Assembly (NCBI GenBank): GCA_907165135.1
Contig: OU015568.1
Location: 16,441,208-16,505,207 of the forward strand
Reading direction: 5' to 3'
Length of the DNA: 64,000 bases
Origin: Oikopleura dioica
Taxonomy: Eukaryota; Animalia; Chordata
The notes under the pieces were generated by a model. That model did not search any database. It saw nothing but the letters and a program-made list of their open reading frames with translations, and was not told where the DNA came from. Below, piece by piece: positions 34,601 to 48,217 of the stretch. How positions within the stretch are numbered: the stretch's first letter is position 1; each line of letters starts with the position of its first letter. Made by a program: the position numbers and the translations under genes.

Positions 34601-37600
34601 CGTCTATCAAAGCCCAATTTTGCTGAATTTCGATTCAAAAATGGCCTAAAATGGCGTTTTTTCGAAAATTTCGAACTTTGGCCCCTCCTAGTGGTAGGTT
34701 TGCCTTGAGCAAAAAATTTCTCTGTACTAGAGAATAGCGGATAGCACCTGGGCTATCCGTAGAGGTATTATACGCCCCAATTCATCAGCTCAAATCGGCT
34801 GAATTTCCAGTTGAAAATGGCCAAAACGGGGGGGGATCCCTTAATAAGGGTATAGACCGCGTTAACTTAAAATTTTTGATTTCTATTATTAATTTTTACG
34901 AAGACAGTTTATTAAGGGTGTCACTCGAAAAATTAAACATCACAAAGATACCCTTACCTTTCTCTTGATGCTGTTCAATTTTCCTAGTGACACCCTTAAT
35001 TAATTGTCGTAGAATTTAAGAATAGAAATCAAAAATTTCGAGTAAACGCGGTCTATCCCCTTATTAAAGTCCCTTCAAAAATTTCGGGTTAAAGTTTGAG
35101 TAAGGGTAAAAAATCATAATTTTAAGTTGCTACCACCTTATTGAACCTTGTTTCTTCTTATTGAAGGCTTCACTGATCGAACTTTTTCTTGATCCAAGTG
35201 GTTCAAATCCATGTTCTCCGAACAGTTCTAATTCTCCCACCACAAAATGTTGTAAACCTCATCCTAAGTTCAACCTTCTGCACCAGCTGAAAACGACAAC
35301 AGTTTATGACCACAAGCATTCCAAAACTTCTGGCCTTCGAATTCTGATCTTTAATCTAAAGTTTAGATTCTAAACGAAAACATCTAAATTTTTAATTTTC
35401 TAAAGCTCAAATTTTCTAAAGAAATTTTTTTGAACAACAAAGTGGTCGCTCATACCCTATACAAATAAAAAAACGCTTTTAGATACCGCACGGTCTGCGA
35501 GAACGAATAATGGATTACATTGTCTCAACATGGACGCTGACGAAGGGGATTGATACTCAGAAAGTGTTGTCTTTTTGCCCAAAAGACTTACGGACCGGAT
35601 CTCCAATTACTAAAACGCTTGCGTGTCATTTGTAAACGACAGTTGAGCTAATAGAGGGCTTTGTAAATTTTGATCGATCAGGTCAAAAACTGGATAATTC
35701 TGACTTCATCACGTTTAAGACTCTCCATCAAAAGGGCAGATTTTTGAAAGTTCCCCGTTGATATATTCTGGTCAAGATGCGGTTCAATTTTCAATAGGTG
35801 CTTCAAGTAAAGTAACCACGAGTCATTATCAATGGCTTTGCGATGTTGGAAAGTAAAACATTTGGAAACATGTCCTCTTAACAATCGAAGATTATAAATA
35901 ATCGTTGTCGAACATCTTTTTTCTTAAAATTCTTGTTGAACAATTAATGATTAAAAATGGAGACTCTTTATCAAAGAAACAGATTTTTCAAAGGTAGTAG
36001 GGGGTTATCATTCTAGCTAAATCCTAACGCTAACCTAGGGGTACGCCCCCAGGATCCCCAATCTACACCCGGAGGCTTCGCCCCCGGCTCCCCCAAGAGT
36101 TCCCAGTCCCTAACCCTAACCACAAGCCAAGATTCTAGAGATATTGGATGGTCGAATGATAGCTCCTCTCTACGCTTTGAAAAGGGTTTTCTTGAACAAA
36201 TGACCATTTCTAAGCAAAAAGCAAGTGTCAATTTTCGAAACCATTATCTGCGTCGATGAGTGAACCCTGTTTTGAGGCCTTGGCTAGCCCCTGCGGTTCG
36301 ACGCATATAATTATCCACATGATAGAAAACGAGGTTCAAAGAAACTTTCCAAGCTCATCAATGGTGCTGAAAAAACGACGTATTTGATGATTTCTAAAGC
36401 AAGTTCAAGCGCCTCTAAAACTACTTGATCCATTTTCAGCTTGAAGGTTTTGCTCCTTGCGCGTAGAAATTTAGATTGAGCTGTTTCTTGAATCTGAGCT
36501 GCATATCTTGCACAGATTGAAAGCGGCATTTCGTTGCTGAATTCTTGTCTCTTGTTGTTTTCATTTTTGCTTGGCAGAAATTTGATATTTGGGATCCGAA
36601 AATAAAGAGCGGACATTTGCGTCCATCTGAACAGAAGGGTCTTCAACGATCATGATGCTTTTCGATATGCTACAGGTAAATTGCGGCAAATCCGAAGTTA
36701 GGGTTAGGGATAATGTTAGCGTTAGGGTTAAGGTCGAAAATTGGGCTCGGAAACGGGGTTGCGTTATGAACCGACAAAAATTCGACAAATTTTGCGTGGA
36801 CGGCTACTCGGCTGCTAAGTGGCCGGTGAGCCGAATCTAGGTTTCTGATTGGTTAAAAATTTCCATGCGAAATTGGTCGAAATTTTTGTTGATTTCTAGG
36901 TTAGGTTAAAATAATAATATGGCGAAGCCGCTTTGCGGCTTTGTTTGTTTAAGAGCAGCTACGCGGCTTTTCATTTATGCTCTTCAGAATTTTTGTACTC
37001 ACGGTATCTTCTTTTTTAAAAGTTTACTTTTCAAATTTTCAGTGTTGAAAAATTCAAATTTGCGTTGAACATTACTTTTCTCATATTTCGTTACTTTTGC
37101 TTGTAACTTTCGCTGGTCGAATGAATGTAAATGAATATAAACACTTGTCGCGTTAACTTTCTTCAGATTCGTGTCTCCGCGCGCTCGCGCTAGAATTTAC
37201 CACTTGCCACATGTCACCGGGCGATATTGTCTACCACAAGTAAGCTTTTGATTTTGATTTGTTTGGCAATTCAACTGGCGAATTCGGGATCATAACAATT
37301 TCACCGCGCAAAAGTAATTATTCCAAAGAACACTTTTTCTTGTCTCCAAAACAAACCGCGTTTTTGCAACTTGAAATCAATCTTTCCAAAGCGATCAACA
37401 CAATGAAAATGAAATCAAAACTGGGCTCGCGAACCTGTGCAGAAAACCTGAGTCAGGGTCTGAAGGTCTAAAATGAAAAGCCGCGTAGCGGCTTTTGAGA
37501 GCTGAAGCCGCTTTGCGGCTTCGTTTATATAAAAGCCGCTGCGCGGCTTTTAATTTCAACTCTTCAAAACATGACTCAGGTTTTCTACACAGGTTGCCGA

Positions 37601-40600
37601 ACTCAGACTCAAGACACTCACTTTTATCAATTCTCGTTATTTTGAAGAGCATTTTGAGAGAGTTATAAAGATAGCGATCTTTAAAATTATATCATGTTTC
37701 AGAGAAAAAAGTCTGTTTTGACAGAACCATTTTGTAACTTTCCCCTGTAAGTCAATATTTATAGTACAAGTTGAAACATAAAAGAGAGCTGAAAAGAGCA
37801 ACAGTAATTTTCAGTCGAAAACGGTCTTTTTAAAGACCAATTATAGTAAGAACAACCCAGTTTTATACCAAGTTTTATACAACCCAGGCTTTATTTAGTA
37901 AGTAAACTTTTTAGTACAGATAATTTTTAAGTAGAAAACGATAATTTTAACCTATCGAAGCGACACCCTTAAGAAGTGGACGATCGTGTTTGTACTTTTG
38001 TTGCCCTCGACGAAATATCGGGCTATATTTTGAGCGAAAAATCTTTCGAAAATCTTAAGGGGATCACTTCGAAATCGCTGTTTGAAAAAGTCATTGCAAC
38101 TTGACCTCCTTAAAAGATCCCATTGTTGGTAGTTTTTTTCTATTTGTTCGTGGCTGAATTTGAAAACTGCGGATTTTCGGATTTTGGATGAGGCTTTGTT
38201 TCTTAGAGGGGAATCTGTCGACGAGTTGAATTTTATCATTTCCGGCTCTCTGGAAATTATTCAAGACGACGAAGTGGTGGGAATCCTCTCCAACGGCGAC
38301 GTCTTTGGCGACGACATTTGGCTCAAGTCCGATTTGAACTTGATTTCAAAGGAAAAAGGGTAGATTTTTTTTAGAAGACGGATTCTCCGAATTTCGAGGA
38401 AAAATAAAGCGGATTCCGAACACGAAGGTTTCGAATCGTTACCGCCAAAATACGCGGCTAATTACACGTTTTCGAACACTCGGAAGAAAATATTTCGACA
38501 GCTCTTTTTGGCGGCTTCAAATTGCTACTTGTCGGGGGTTAAAAAGGGAGCTGTTTTGAAAGGGATCTTTTTTATCAGAAAAACTTTGTTAGCTTGAAAA
38601 TTATTTTATTAATTAAATTTATAAAATTTAATTTTTAATAAAATAATTTTTAAAATAAATATAATTTAATTATTTTTTGATTAAATAATATCAAATTTAA
38701 TTAAATACTAATTAAATAAAAATGATTTTAAAATTAAATTTTATTAATAAAATAATTTTCTTGATAACAAATTTTTTGATAAGAAAAGGATTCTTTTCAA
38801 AACAGCTCTATTTTTAACTCCCCGACGCGCAAGTTGACATTTATGCCGCCAAAAGAAAAAATAGATAAAACAGCATCTACCCTTAATTACAGTCGGCTGT
38901 CTACGTCAGAGCTTTGACCTACACAGATTTGCACGTGATCAAGTTTCGGGCTCGTCAAAACCCTTTCTTTTTGTTGATAAAGTGAAACTTTATTATTGTT
39001 ATTCAATTTTGTGGGAAAGCGCATTTTTAAATGTCGTGTTGAAAAAGAGACCTTTGTGAACTCATGCTTTTCGCCTGTTAGAAGGAGCGTGACAAAATTC
39101 AGACTAAGGGATCAATTCAGTTTTTACGCGTTTACAAACTTGTGACGCGAATTTTGGGAGGAATATTCCTAGCAAATTCATTTTGCGATTAAATTTTCTT
39201 CAGCACAGTGGAAAACTCGCGGACAGGATTATTGAAAAAATTCTACACTTTTATGCCGATAAAGACTATTACCACCAAGCCATCTGATTGGTCAACAATT
39301 TCGCTCTTCAAAAAAAGGGCTTTTTCTGGCCAATCAGATCGCTTGATGGCAATATTCACTATTTCGAATAGCAAGAGTAAGAAACCTGATTTTCAATTTT
39401 CCAGAATTTTCTAGAGCCAGATGAGGACCGCTAAACATTTCAACTTTGAGGTTGAGTAAATGCGGTCCAAATCCTCACGAAAACATGATTCTAAATATAA
39501 GAAACGCCAACCGTTTAGAACCGTTTTTCCCTGCTTTTCCAATGGCTCTTTTTCAGAAATTACATTAAAATTCTCGAGAAAATAGCTTCAAAAAAGGTCC
39601 ACTGTGGTCGAATTTAAACCCGATATGCTATCTCGAACGCTACTTTCATGAGTTTTTAAGAGGTTTAGATACCCATCGCCGTACGTTGTAATTTTCGTTG
39701 CGGTAGTTGAACTTTTCCGGTTTTGGCTGTAAACGGCCTTTTGATGGGCTTTTTCGGGATTCGATCAACGGCCACATGGTCGCTGAGTTGACCATATTGA
39801 TCCGGTTTAGCGACGATTCTCGAGGGCCTCACTTACTTACAAACTAAATAAGCGCTTTGCCATCAGAAAATTTATTTTTTTCGTTTTTGACGAGCCCGGG
39901 TTTAGCGCTCAGGAATGGTCCAAATTCGTGCCCGTTACAAATGGTTATGCGGTTTTTCGTCAATTTCTAATTTTTTTCAATTATCAAAAAATACATTTGA
40001 ATCATGCTATAGCGATTTTTTTAATCAAGTTTCTGATTGGCCATCGCTGAAATCCAGCGATTTTAGCTAAGCCAATCAGCGGCTTGTCGAAAAAATCTGG
40101 GAAAACATCAAAAATCAAGATTTCTTCATTCCCAAATTTTTTCGCGACAAGCCGCTGATTGGATAAGCGAAATTCGCTTAAATTCATCAATGGCCAATCG
40201 GAAACTTGATGAAAAAATCGCTAAAGCATGAGTCATGCTGCATGACTCTTCTGTAAAATAGGGGTCCCCTAGTTAATCATTGACTTTCAGCGTGTGGAGC
40301 CCTTGTTCGTGGGCAAGATGAACTAAGGAGCCACACGTTAAAAGTCAAGGATGAACTGGGGGACCCCCTGTTTTATACTTTCAAAACCTTTAATTATAGA
40401 TTTTGCAATTTATAGAGCAGTAATAAAGACCATAAAAGCTCTTAACCGAGTACTGGGATTCTACCAGCAGTTCCGCAGCCATTTCCAGCAAAACATGCGC
40501 CTGACGTACAACCTGCGCCGCTACCACAAGATCAGGTGACTTCTTCAAAACAAAATTGACGCGATAAAAGGTTTTTAGGAAAACACCTCGTCCCGGCTTA

Positions 40601-43600
40601 TCCAAAATCCTGGCGGATATCGAGGAAGATCCAGCTTCCGACAAGGCCCGCTCTAGTCAGGTGACACTGAGAATAACAAAACGTGAACGAAATGAAAGTT
40701 ATCGTGAATAAGACAAACATAAATAAGCGGATTTGATCTTAGAGAGTTTCTTTATCAAAAAAATATATCTAGACCATAACCCTAATTTTTTGGGACAAAA
40801 TTGGGCCATCTTTTTAGAATTCGGGGAAGCCCCTAAAATCGACCAAAAATGCGACAATTTTGACCAAAATTTTGGTCAAGTTTTCAATCAATCTGGCGGT
40901 AAGCCAATCAGATTTTAGAAAAAATGCCGGAAAATTTCTAATCTTGCACTTTTGTAAAAAATGACTTCGTCAAATGGGGGTCTGGAACCGACAAAAAATT
41001 TCGACAAATTTTGCGAGGAAATTTTTAGCCAATCAGAAGCTTGATTTCGCTCAACGGCCAATCAGCAGCCGAGTAGCCGCCCACGCAAAATTTTTCGGAA
41101 TTTTTTGTCGGTTCCAGACACCATCCCCCCCTTATTGACCCTTGACCCTAACCCCTAACGCTAACCCTAACCTACCCCCTTAGCAATCAAATTTCTAACT
41201 TGAAATAAACCACTAAAAATCGTCTAAAAACAACCCTAGTTGAATTTGCGTCGCCGAAAAAGCAACATTTCCAAAAGCTCAGCAGAAGCAGAAATCCGTC
41301 GAGGATCGAAGAAGTCCATGAAAAACCAGAGTTTCGAGACAAAGCCCGACTCAGGAACGGATTAGTAAACTTGTACTGGTCAATTTTCACACCGCTTAGA
41401 AGCGATTTTGAAATCCGCTTTTTGACATTATTTTTGAAGAGCTGGACGTTCGGAACTTGGAGCATAGAAGCGATTTTCTAACAGGTAATTTTGCCGCTGA
41501 TGGCGAAGCAGAATCAGATAACGAAATAATGATAACGGGCTCACACAAAAAAATTCTAGAGGATTTTCGAATCCAGTTAGAAGGCAGCGAAAATCCGCGG
41601 TCTTTGAACTGGTGAATCAGCTAATTAGCGGTGATGATTATTTGAAAATGGACTTTTATGAAAATGTGCAGCTTGCAATGATAAGCTTCAATTACTGTAG
41701 TATCTTGACATAAACGCAGAATGATAAGACGTGTCAAAGATAAGTTACATGTCTCTTAAAATTGATGAATTAGCGATAAGAGCAAGTTTCTGGACAATTT
41801 CTCGTTAGAGTCCAATTCTGGGCTTGGCAACCTGTGTTGAAAACCTGACTCAGGTTCTGAAGTGCTCAAGTGAGAAGCCGCGTTGCGGCTTTTGATAACG
41901 AAGTCGCGTAGCGGCTTTGCCAATATTCAAAGATTTGAATGGTGATTTTCGAATCTATCTTATTGATATTGGCAAAGCCGCTTCGCGGCTTAGTTATTAA
42001 AAAAGCCGCTACGCGGCTTTTCATTTTTACTCTTCAAAAACTGACTCAGGTTATCTACGCAGGTTGCACACAAAAATCGAGAGGAAAGTTCATTCAACAA
42101 AAATTTTGTGTGTAATTCTGGGTTGGAGCAACATGAAAGCCGATTATCTACTTCCAATAACATATCGGAGGGAGAAAACATACCCCCTCGCCCATGAAAA
42201 ATAAGGCAGTTTTTTTCTAAAAAGAGTTACGCGCTATCATGAATGAGGTTTTACAGTTCACAGTGAAATTTTGAAAATGGGCCAAACATTGTCGCTTTTT
42301 GGAAGAAGCAGAATTAGTGCTCGATTAGCCAATCAAAATTGGCCAAAAATGGCCGACAGTCTTTGGCCCCTTCTCCCAAATTTCATCGACAAACATAGGC
42401 GCAAATTTTGAGCAAAACCAAGAAAAGGACGAGCGTTTTTGGATTACAAATATGATTGCCGTATTTGGCCTATCGGCCAATCAAAACGCTGATCCATAAA
42501 ATCAGTTCCATAAATTTGTTTAACCCAAATTTTGGGCAGAAGCAAGAAAAGGGAGTGATAATATGGATCTGGGTTTTGATTGGCCGGTAGGCCAAATACA
42601 GCAAGCTTATTGGTATTCCAAAAATGCAATTCTTTCTTTTTGGTTCGGCACGAATTTAAGATTTCAATTCAAAATATGGATTTTTTCTAAAAACGAAAAA
42701 CAGGAGATTATTTGTCCGTTAATCTTAATTTTTTGACCGCGCTTATGACCGATTTTCAGCCCGCGGTTCTACTGATGCTATTGATGGCAGCTTATTAGAT
42801 CAAGGTAGGATTTTGCGGGAACGCTTTTGCCAGGAGATTCTTTGTTCCGTTCAGATCCGGAACACGCAGAAAAGAAAGCAGATTCTATTTTTTCGTCGGA
42901 AGAGGAAGTCGAAAACGAAGAAAATGTCGAAGAAGGAGGAAATTTGAAAGAAGAGGCGATACACGTTAATTGCATCTGCAAACAACTTCACGAGGATAAT
43001 TTGTAAGTCACTAGAAAAACGAGGAGCACGTGCGTAATCGCGCCCAGAATGAGTTTCAATGAAAAAACTAAGTATCAATCAGCTGAAAAACGGCGTTTCT
43101 CACGTCTTCAAGACTAAGTTGGATTTTCAAGAAAGCAACGCTTGTTCCTTTCAAAAGGAATGTTACGATGATTTGAATACAAATTCAATCGTGGACTTAT
43201 TAAGGGAATCAACGTCGTAAAACATGATTTTTCTTGGTTAATTCATGCAAGGGTCAACTAATTTGACATTTTTTCTTAAGGGTTTCAACATCGATTGAGA
43301 AAAATATTGGATCTTAGTGTCTAAACCTGTCCCAAAAGTTTGCCAAAGTCGATGTTGACACCCTTAATTGCATTTTTCGTATTTTGCTAGAAAGACTTAG
43401 GGTCACCATTATTTCAAATAGAAGTTCAAATTCTATTGATTCCAGTTTGATATTATCTATTTTCCCTATCTTCCCTACCATAAAAACAGCTGTCCGGCTG
43501 TCTGGAAAAGATGCACAGTACCTTGGCTATTGACAGCTGTTTTTAGATATATAAGAGGCTTGATGAAAAGCAAAATCATTCTCAACCAAAATAATTTTAT

Positions 43601-44973
43601 ATTTGATTGAAATGATCTCTCGAGTATCTATCTTACATCAACTGCTCATTTTTTGATTGTTTAAATTGATTGAATTACTTTTTTAAATGAAAGCTTAACG
43701 ATCAAGCAAAGTTATTGGTACTTGCGCTTTCTTTTATATGAAATAAAAATTTCAACAATTTCCAACAAAAGCAATTTTGATCTCAAATTTATTCGTTTAT
43801 TCTGCCATAAAGCTAAAATTTCAAACCCTAAGCCATTATATAAAATGTTCAAAATTGCAAAAATAATCCTCTTCCCTCAGCTTCAAATATTTATGCTAAG
43901 CACTTTTGCTCTGTCTACTCTTAGGGTGTTCTAATTCAAATAAATCACCCTCTGACCGAGCATAAAACAACTGCGGTATTTAATCTAGCCTTAGAAAATC
44001 ATCTCAAAACCGTAAAGAAATATAACTGCAAGAGGGTTTTTAAATATCCGCGAATCTCGAATTTAGGGCGGCAATTTTGAGATAAGCTTCAAGCTCGGAA
44101 GGATTCTGACTCCTTTGAATACTAAAATCGTGAAGGAGGAAGGGATTTTAGATGCGCGCTAGAATTTTATGCAAAGAGAGTTTAGAATGACATAGCGAAA
44201 CCTTAATTTCCGATATGCGACCACAAGGAGTTGTCGGAGATGTTTTTGGCTAATTTGATTTTCTGAATAATCGAAAATGATAAGGAACACATTATCTTTT
44301 AATAAGCGCATTTTTGACCGGAAATTTCTGGAAGACGGCACGAATCAACAATTTTTGCCCAAAAAATTTTGTTTGGTCATTTTTTCTCTGAAATTTGATT
44401 AGCTTACAAGCCAAATGCGGTTATCTGATTGGTCAAAAATTTTCTCAAAATTTTTACCCAATTTGCCAGCTGAAAATTGATGATTCGTGCCGTCTTCCCA
44501 AAAAGAAACCCCATCATCAAAAATGCACCAATCAGATTATGACATTCACTAGAATAGCCAATCAGATTTCATATTTTCATCAAGTCTTTTCGGTGTTTTC
44601 AAAATGGATTTTTTCCTAGAAAACTAATGAATCTTTGTTTAAAGACGTTCATACGCGTAATGGCAGTTTTTCATGTTTTAGTGGTTCATCAATAAATGTT
44701 TTGAAAACGAAGAAAATCTTTCTTGAGCACTTTTATGACTAAAATTGGAACTTCAGATCGCTGAACAAACGTCTCGATGAGCTAATGTTGATGATGATGG
44801 AAATGAAAAGTGGCAGGCAGACGGCTTTTGGAACAAATGCGGATAGCAGGGCAAATGATAGACCAATTAACTTAGGTGAGTTAAAAAGAGCTTCTTTTTC
44901 TGATAGCTTTTTTGAAGATGTGTTGCCGGATGTTTCTGAAAGTCGAATTTCCGCCGCGGATACTGAGATGTAA
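22634..44973 (+). CDS. KCNH1: Ether-a-go-go (EAG, KCNH1/KCNH5 subfamily) voltage-gated K+ channel
   Basis: PAS cap [23 protein letters not shown] (22634); PAS (25503, 25910); S1 [20 protein letters not shown]|[10 protein letters not shown]; S4 [19 protein letters not shown] (30030); pore [12 protein letters not shown] (33840); C-linker [36 protein letters not shown]; [56 protein letters not shown]; C-terminal coil [10 protein letters not shown]. The symbol marks the subfamily, not proven orthology. Confidence 0.93.
26935..27385. mobile_element. MITE-like element
   Basis: Inverted termini GTTAACTTCTCAATACACGGG / CCCGTGTATTGAGAAGTTAAC. Confidence 0.6.
27600..27672. repeat. Short tandem array of palindromic GGTACCGGGTACC units (~20 bp period, 3-4 copies)
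   Basis: Read directly: tggtaccgggtaccaaatttc tggtaccgggtaccaattt tggtaccgggtaccaatt tggtaccgg. Confidence 0.85.
27991..28567 (-). CDS. Orphan gene (~170 aa) nested antisense in an EAG intron
   Basis: [47 protein letters not shown], then a ~50-nt GT-AG intron, then [31 protein letters not shown].. A probable last exon encodes ..[20 protein letters not shown]. Confidence 0.55.
31261..36600 (-). CDS. Putative second antisense gene whose exons interleave with EAG exons
   Basis: Open minus-strand segments with plausible splice sites at ~36590-36330, 35884-35705, ~35215-35150, ~33543-33400 and ~31530-31261. Several joins are phase compatible, but no recognisable domain. Confidence 0.35.
34154..34840. 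mobile_element. Non-autonomous DNA transposon with TTAA TSD and GGGATCCCCCC termini (Kolobok-like)
   Basis: ttaa|gggatccccccc ... gggggggatccc|ttaa; TSDs at 34150-34153 and 34841-34844. Confidence 0.7.
34845..35063. mobile_element. MITE with (TAA)GGGTATAGACCGCG termini
   Basis: taagggtatagaccgcg ... cgcggtctatcccctta, flanked by TTAA on both sides. Confidence 0.7.
38509..38850. mobile_element. MITE with ~85-bp imperfect TIRs around an AT-rich core
   Basis: GGCGGC..GTCGGGGGTTAAAAAGGGAGCTGTTTTGAAAGGGATC versus GATTCTTTTCAAAACAGCTCTATTTTTAACTCCCCGAC..GCCGCC. Confidence 0.65.
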
Positions 44974-46244
44974 ATTCATTTCCTCCCTGTTTTTTCTTGC
45001 CTGTTATAGAAACTGACATTTTTTGTAAATATAAGCCAATCTCTTTCTTCAAAAAAGTTGAAAGCTTTATTTTTCTTGCGAGTTCCATCCGTGACTGGGA
45101 GCTAGAGAATAATCTCCGTGGATTAGAAAGATACACCAAAAAGAGGAGACCACGTCTTGAGGGGCAGCTAAGCTAAGCTCGTTGCTCACGTTTCCAGAGA
45201 AGACCTTCCATACTTTTTTAATATCGCAAACAAAAATTGAAAAACTTGGCAAGCTGCTCTGATTTTCCGCGATTGCTCAACTTCCAGCTGGTTTCATATG
45301 ATTCGAAACAGAAGACCTAGATTATTGACACCTGTTTCTGAGAATAAATATAGAACAGGAGAAAAATCAGCCTATCGAACTAAAATGTAAAAACACAAAT
45401 TATTCCATTACTTGTTTGAGCCCACGTGCATAAAATGTACTACGAAAAATTTCTGTAAAGTTGGGAAAACATATTTTCACCTCCTCAATCTTACCATTGA
45501 TTATGCTTTAATTCATGGCCTAAAGTTGAAAGGGACTCAACCAATTTATGGAAGTGCATTTTTGGATGACCAATAAGATTGCTTTATTTGGCCTACCGGC
45601 CAATCAAAACCCTGATCCATATAATCACTTCTATAAATTGGTTTAACCCCTTTATAGGCTAAAAAATACGCGAAAATCAATTTATAGAGCTGATTAAATT
45701 TTTAAAATGAAAACTAAACACTAGTCAATATTCTTTAACGATTGATGAGCTATCACTGAATCAGTGATAGTATCATACTGTTTCATATTTCTTTCAAACA
45801 AAACTAAGAAAAAAATAAAATAAAAAACGACAATGATTCTGATGATTTGATTTTGAATTTATTTACAGTAGGGTCAGGCGATATCACGTGACGACCGCGG
45901 AACACGCTCAAACTTTTGGGTGATAGCCTCGGGCGTACTGATCACAAAAACATAGCGGCCCTCCCTTAACCCATCAACGCCTTTACCATTTTAACCCGTT
46001 TTCTGATTTTCCGGTTTTTGACCATTTTCATGAAAAAACGCTTTTTCTCAATTTTAAACGTGAAAAACAGATGAATAATTAATAATTATTAATTATTTTA
46101 TTAAGTAACTTAAAGAAAATCAATTTCACAATATAAAATCAAAACCATAATTTCGCAAAAACTAGGATAATGTGAATTTTTACAGCAATGGGAGTGGGTG
46201 GGGTTGGGGACATAACTGAGATTGATAAACTCAGAGTTCTAAGC

Positions 46245-47384
46245 CAGGGATGCAAATCTGAGCGGCACGGCACGGCACGGCACAGCGGCATGGCACGGCA
46301 CGGCACGTGCCGTACCGTGCCGTGCCGCAGAATAAAATCTGGTTGCGGCACCGCGGCACAGTATAACACTATTTTCACATAAAATTTTTATTATCGGTAA
46401 ATATAAAGGACAATTCCCGTTCTTTGATTTTTGAATTTAAGGGCTTGACGGCCCTTCGGGCCGTTTCAGCCCCGTTCCTTGATTTTTGAATTTAAGGGCT
46501 TGACGGCCCTTCGGGCCGTTTCAGCCCCGTTCCTTGATTTTTGAATTTAAGGGGCTTGACGGCCCTTCGGGCCGTTTCAGCCCCGTTCCTTGATTTTTGA
46601 ATTTAAGGGGCTTGACGGCCCTTCGGGCCGTTTCAGCCCCGTTCCTGATTTTGAATTTAAGGGCTTGACGGCCCTTCGGGCCGTTTCAGCCCCGTTCCTT
46701 GATTTTTGAATTTAAGGGGCTTGACGGCCCTTCGGGCCGTTTCAGCCCCGTTCCTGATTTTTGAATTTAAGGGCTTGACGGCCCTTCGGGCCGTTTCAGC
46801 CCCGTTCCTTGATTTTGAATTTAAGGGCTTGACGGCCCTTCGGGCCGTTTCAGCCCCGTTCCTGATTTTGAATTTAAGGGGCTTGACGGCCCTTCGGGCC
46901 GTTTCAGCCCCGTTCCTTGATTTTGAATTTAAGGGGCTTGACGGCCCTTCGGGCCGTTTCAGCCCCGTTCCTTGATTTTGAATTTAAGGGCTTGACGGCC
47001 CTTCGGGCCGTTTCAGCCCCGTTCCTTGATTTTGAATTTAAGGGGCTTGACGGCCCTTCGGGCCGTTTCAGCCCCGTTCCTTGATTTTTGAATTTAAGGG
47101 GCTTGACGGCCCTTCGGGCCGTTTCAGCCCCGTTCCTTGATTTTTGAATTTAAGGGGCTTGACGGCCCTTTGGGCCGTTTCAGCCCCGTTCCTTGATTTT
47201 TGAATTTAAGGGGCTTGACGTAATTTATATGACTCAAATTTGTGCCGTGCCGTGCCGTGGTGCCGCGGCACCCCATTATTGAATTTTGTGCCGTGCCGTG
47301 CCGTACCGTGCCGCGGCACGGGTATTTTGGTTGTGCCGTGCCGTGCCGGTGCCGCTGGAAAATTTTGTCATATTTCCATCCCTG
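46245..47384. mobile_element. Non-autonomous hAT (Ac/Ds-like) element
   Basis: TIRs CAGGGATG / CATCCCTG; perfect 8-bp TSD TTCTAAGC at 46237-46244 and 47385-47392; inward-facing subterminal GGCAC/GTGCC pentamer clusters at both ends. Confidence 0.92.
46416..47220 (+). repeat. Minisatellite, ~55-bp unit, ~15 copies (inside the hAT element)
   Basis: Unit CCCGTTCCTTGATTTTTGAATTTAAGGGGCTTGACGGCCCTTCGGGCCGTTTCAGC. Confidence 0.95.
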
Positions 47385-47392
47385 TTCTAAGC

Positions 47393-48217
47393 CCTTGTCA
47401 AGCCCCTTAAATTAAGAAATCAAGGAACGGGGCTGAGACGGCCCGAAGGGCCGTCAAGCCCCTTAAATTAAGAAATCAAGGAACGGGGCTGAGACGGCCC
47501 GAAGGGCCGTCAAGCCCTTAAATTAAGAAATCAGGAACGGGGCTGAGACGGCCCGAAGGGCCGTCAAGCCCCTTAAATTAAGAAATCAGGAACGGGGCTG
47601 AGACGGCCCGAAGGGCCGTCAAGCCCCTTAAATTAAGAAATCAGGAACGGGGCTGAGACGGCCCGAAGGGCCGTCAAGCCCTTTAAATTAAGAAATCAAG
47701 GAACGGGGCTGAGACGGCCCGAAGGGCCGTCAAGCCCCTTAAATTAAGAAATCAAGGAACGGGGCTGAGACGGCCCGAAGGGCCGTCAAGCCCTTAAATT
47801 AAGAAATCAGGAACGGGGCTGAGACGGCCCGAAGGGCCGTCAAGCCCCTTAAATTAAGAAATCAAGGAACGGGGCTGAGACGGCCCGAAGGGCCGTCAAG
47901 CCCTTAAATTAAGAAATCAAGGAACGGGGCTGAGACGGCCCGAAGGGCCGTCAAGCCCTTAAATTAAGAAATCAAGGAACGGGGCTGAGACGGCCCGAAG
48001 GGCCGTCAAGCCCCTTAAATTAAGAAATCAAGGAACGGGCTGAGACGGCCCGAAGGGCCGTCAAGCCCTTAAATTAAGAAATCAAGGAACGGGGCTGAGA
48101 CGGCCCGAAGGGCCGTCAAGCCCCTTAAATTAAGAAATCAAGGAACGGGGCTGAGACGGCCCGAAGGGCCGTCAAGCCCTTAAATTAAGAAATCAAGGAA
48201 CGGGGCTGAGACGGCCA
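47393..48217 (-). repeat. Minisatellite of the same family in inverted orientation, ~15 copies (outside the hAT element)
   Basis: Unit on + strand GAAATCAAGGAACGGGGCTGAGACGGCCCGAAGGGCCGTCAAGCCCCTTAAATTAA. Confidence 0.95.

Noticed and set aside
38590-38770. Extremely AT-rich tracts (also 51940-52120, 53800-53900, 56100-56330) as origins or centromeric DNA
   Set aside because: They are short low-complexity intronic or MITE-internal DNA with no periodic structure.
46706-46975. ORF with repeated GLTALRAVSAPF
   Set aside because: Minisatellite read-through.
46416-48217. CRISPR-like array
   Set aside because: The units are contiguous near-identical repeats with no unique spacers, there are no cas genes and the context is eukaryotic; this is a minisatellite.
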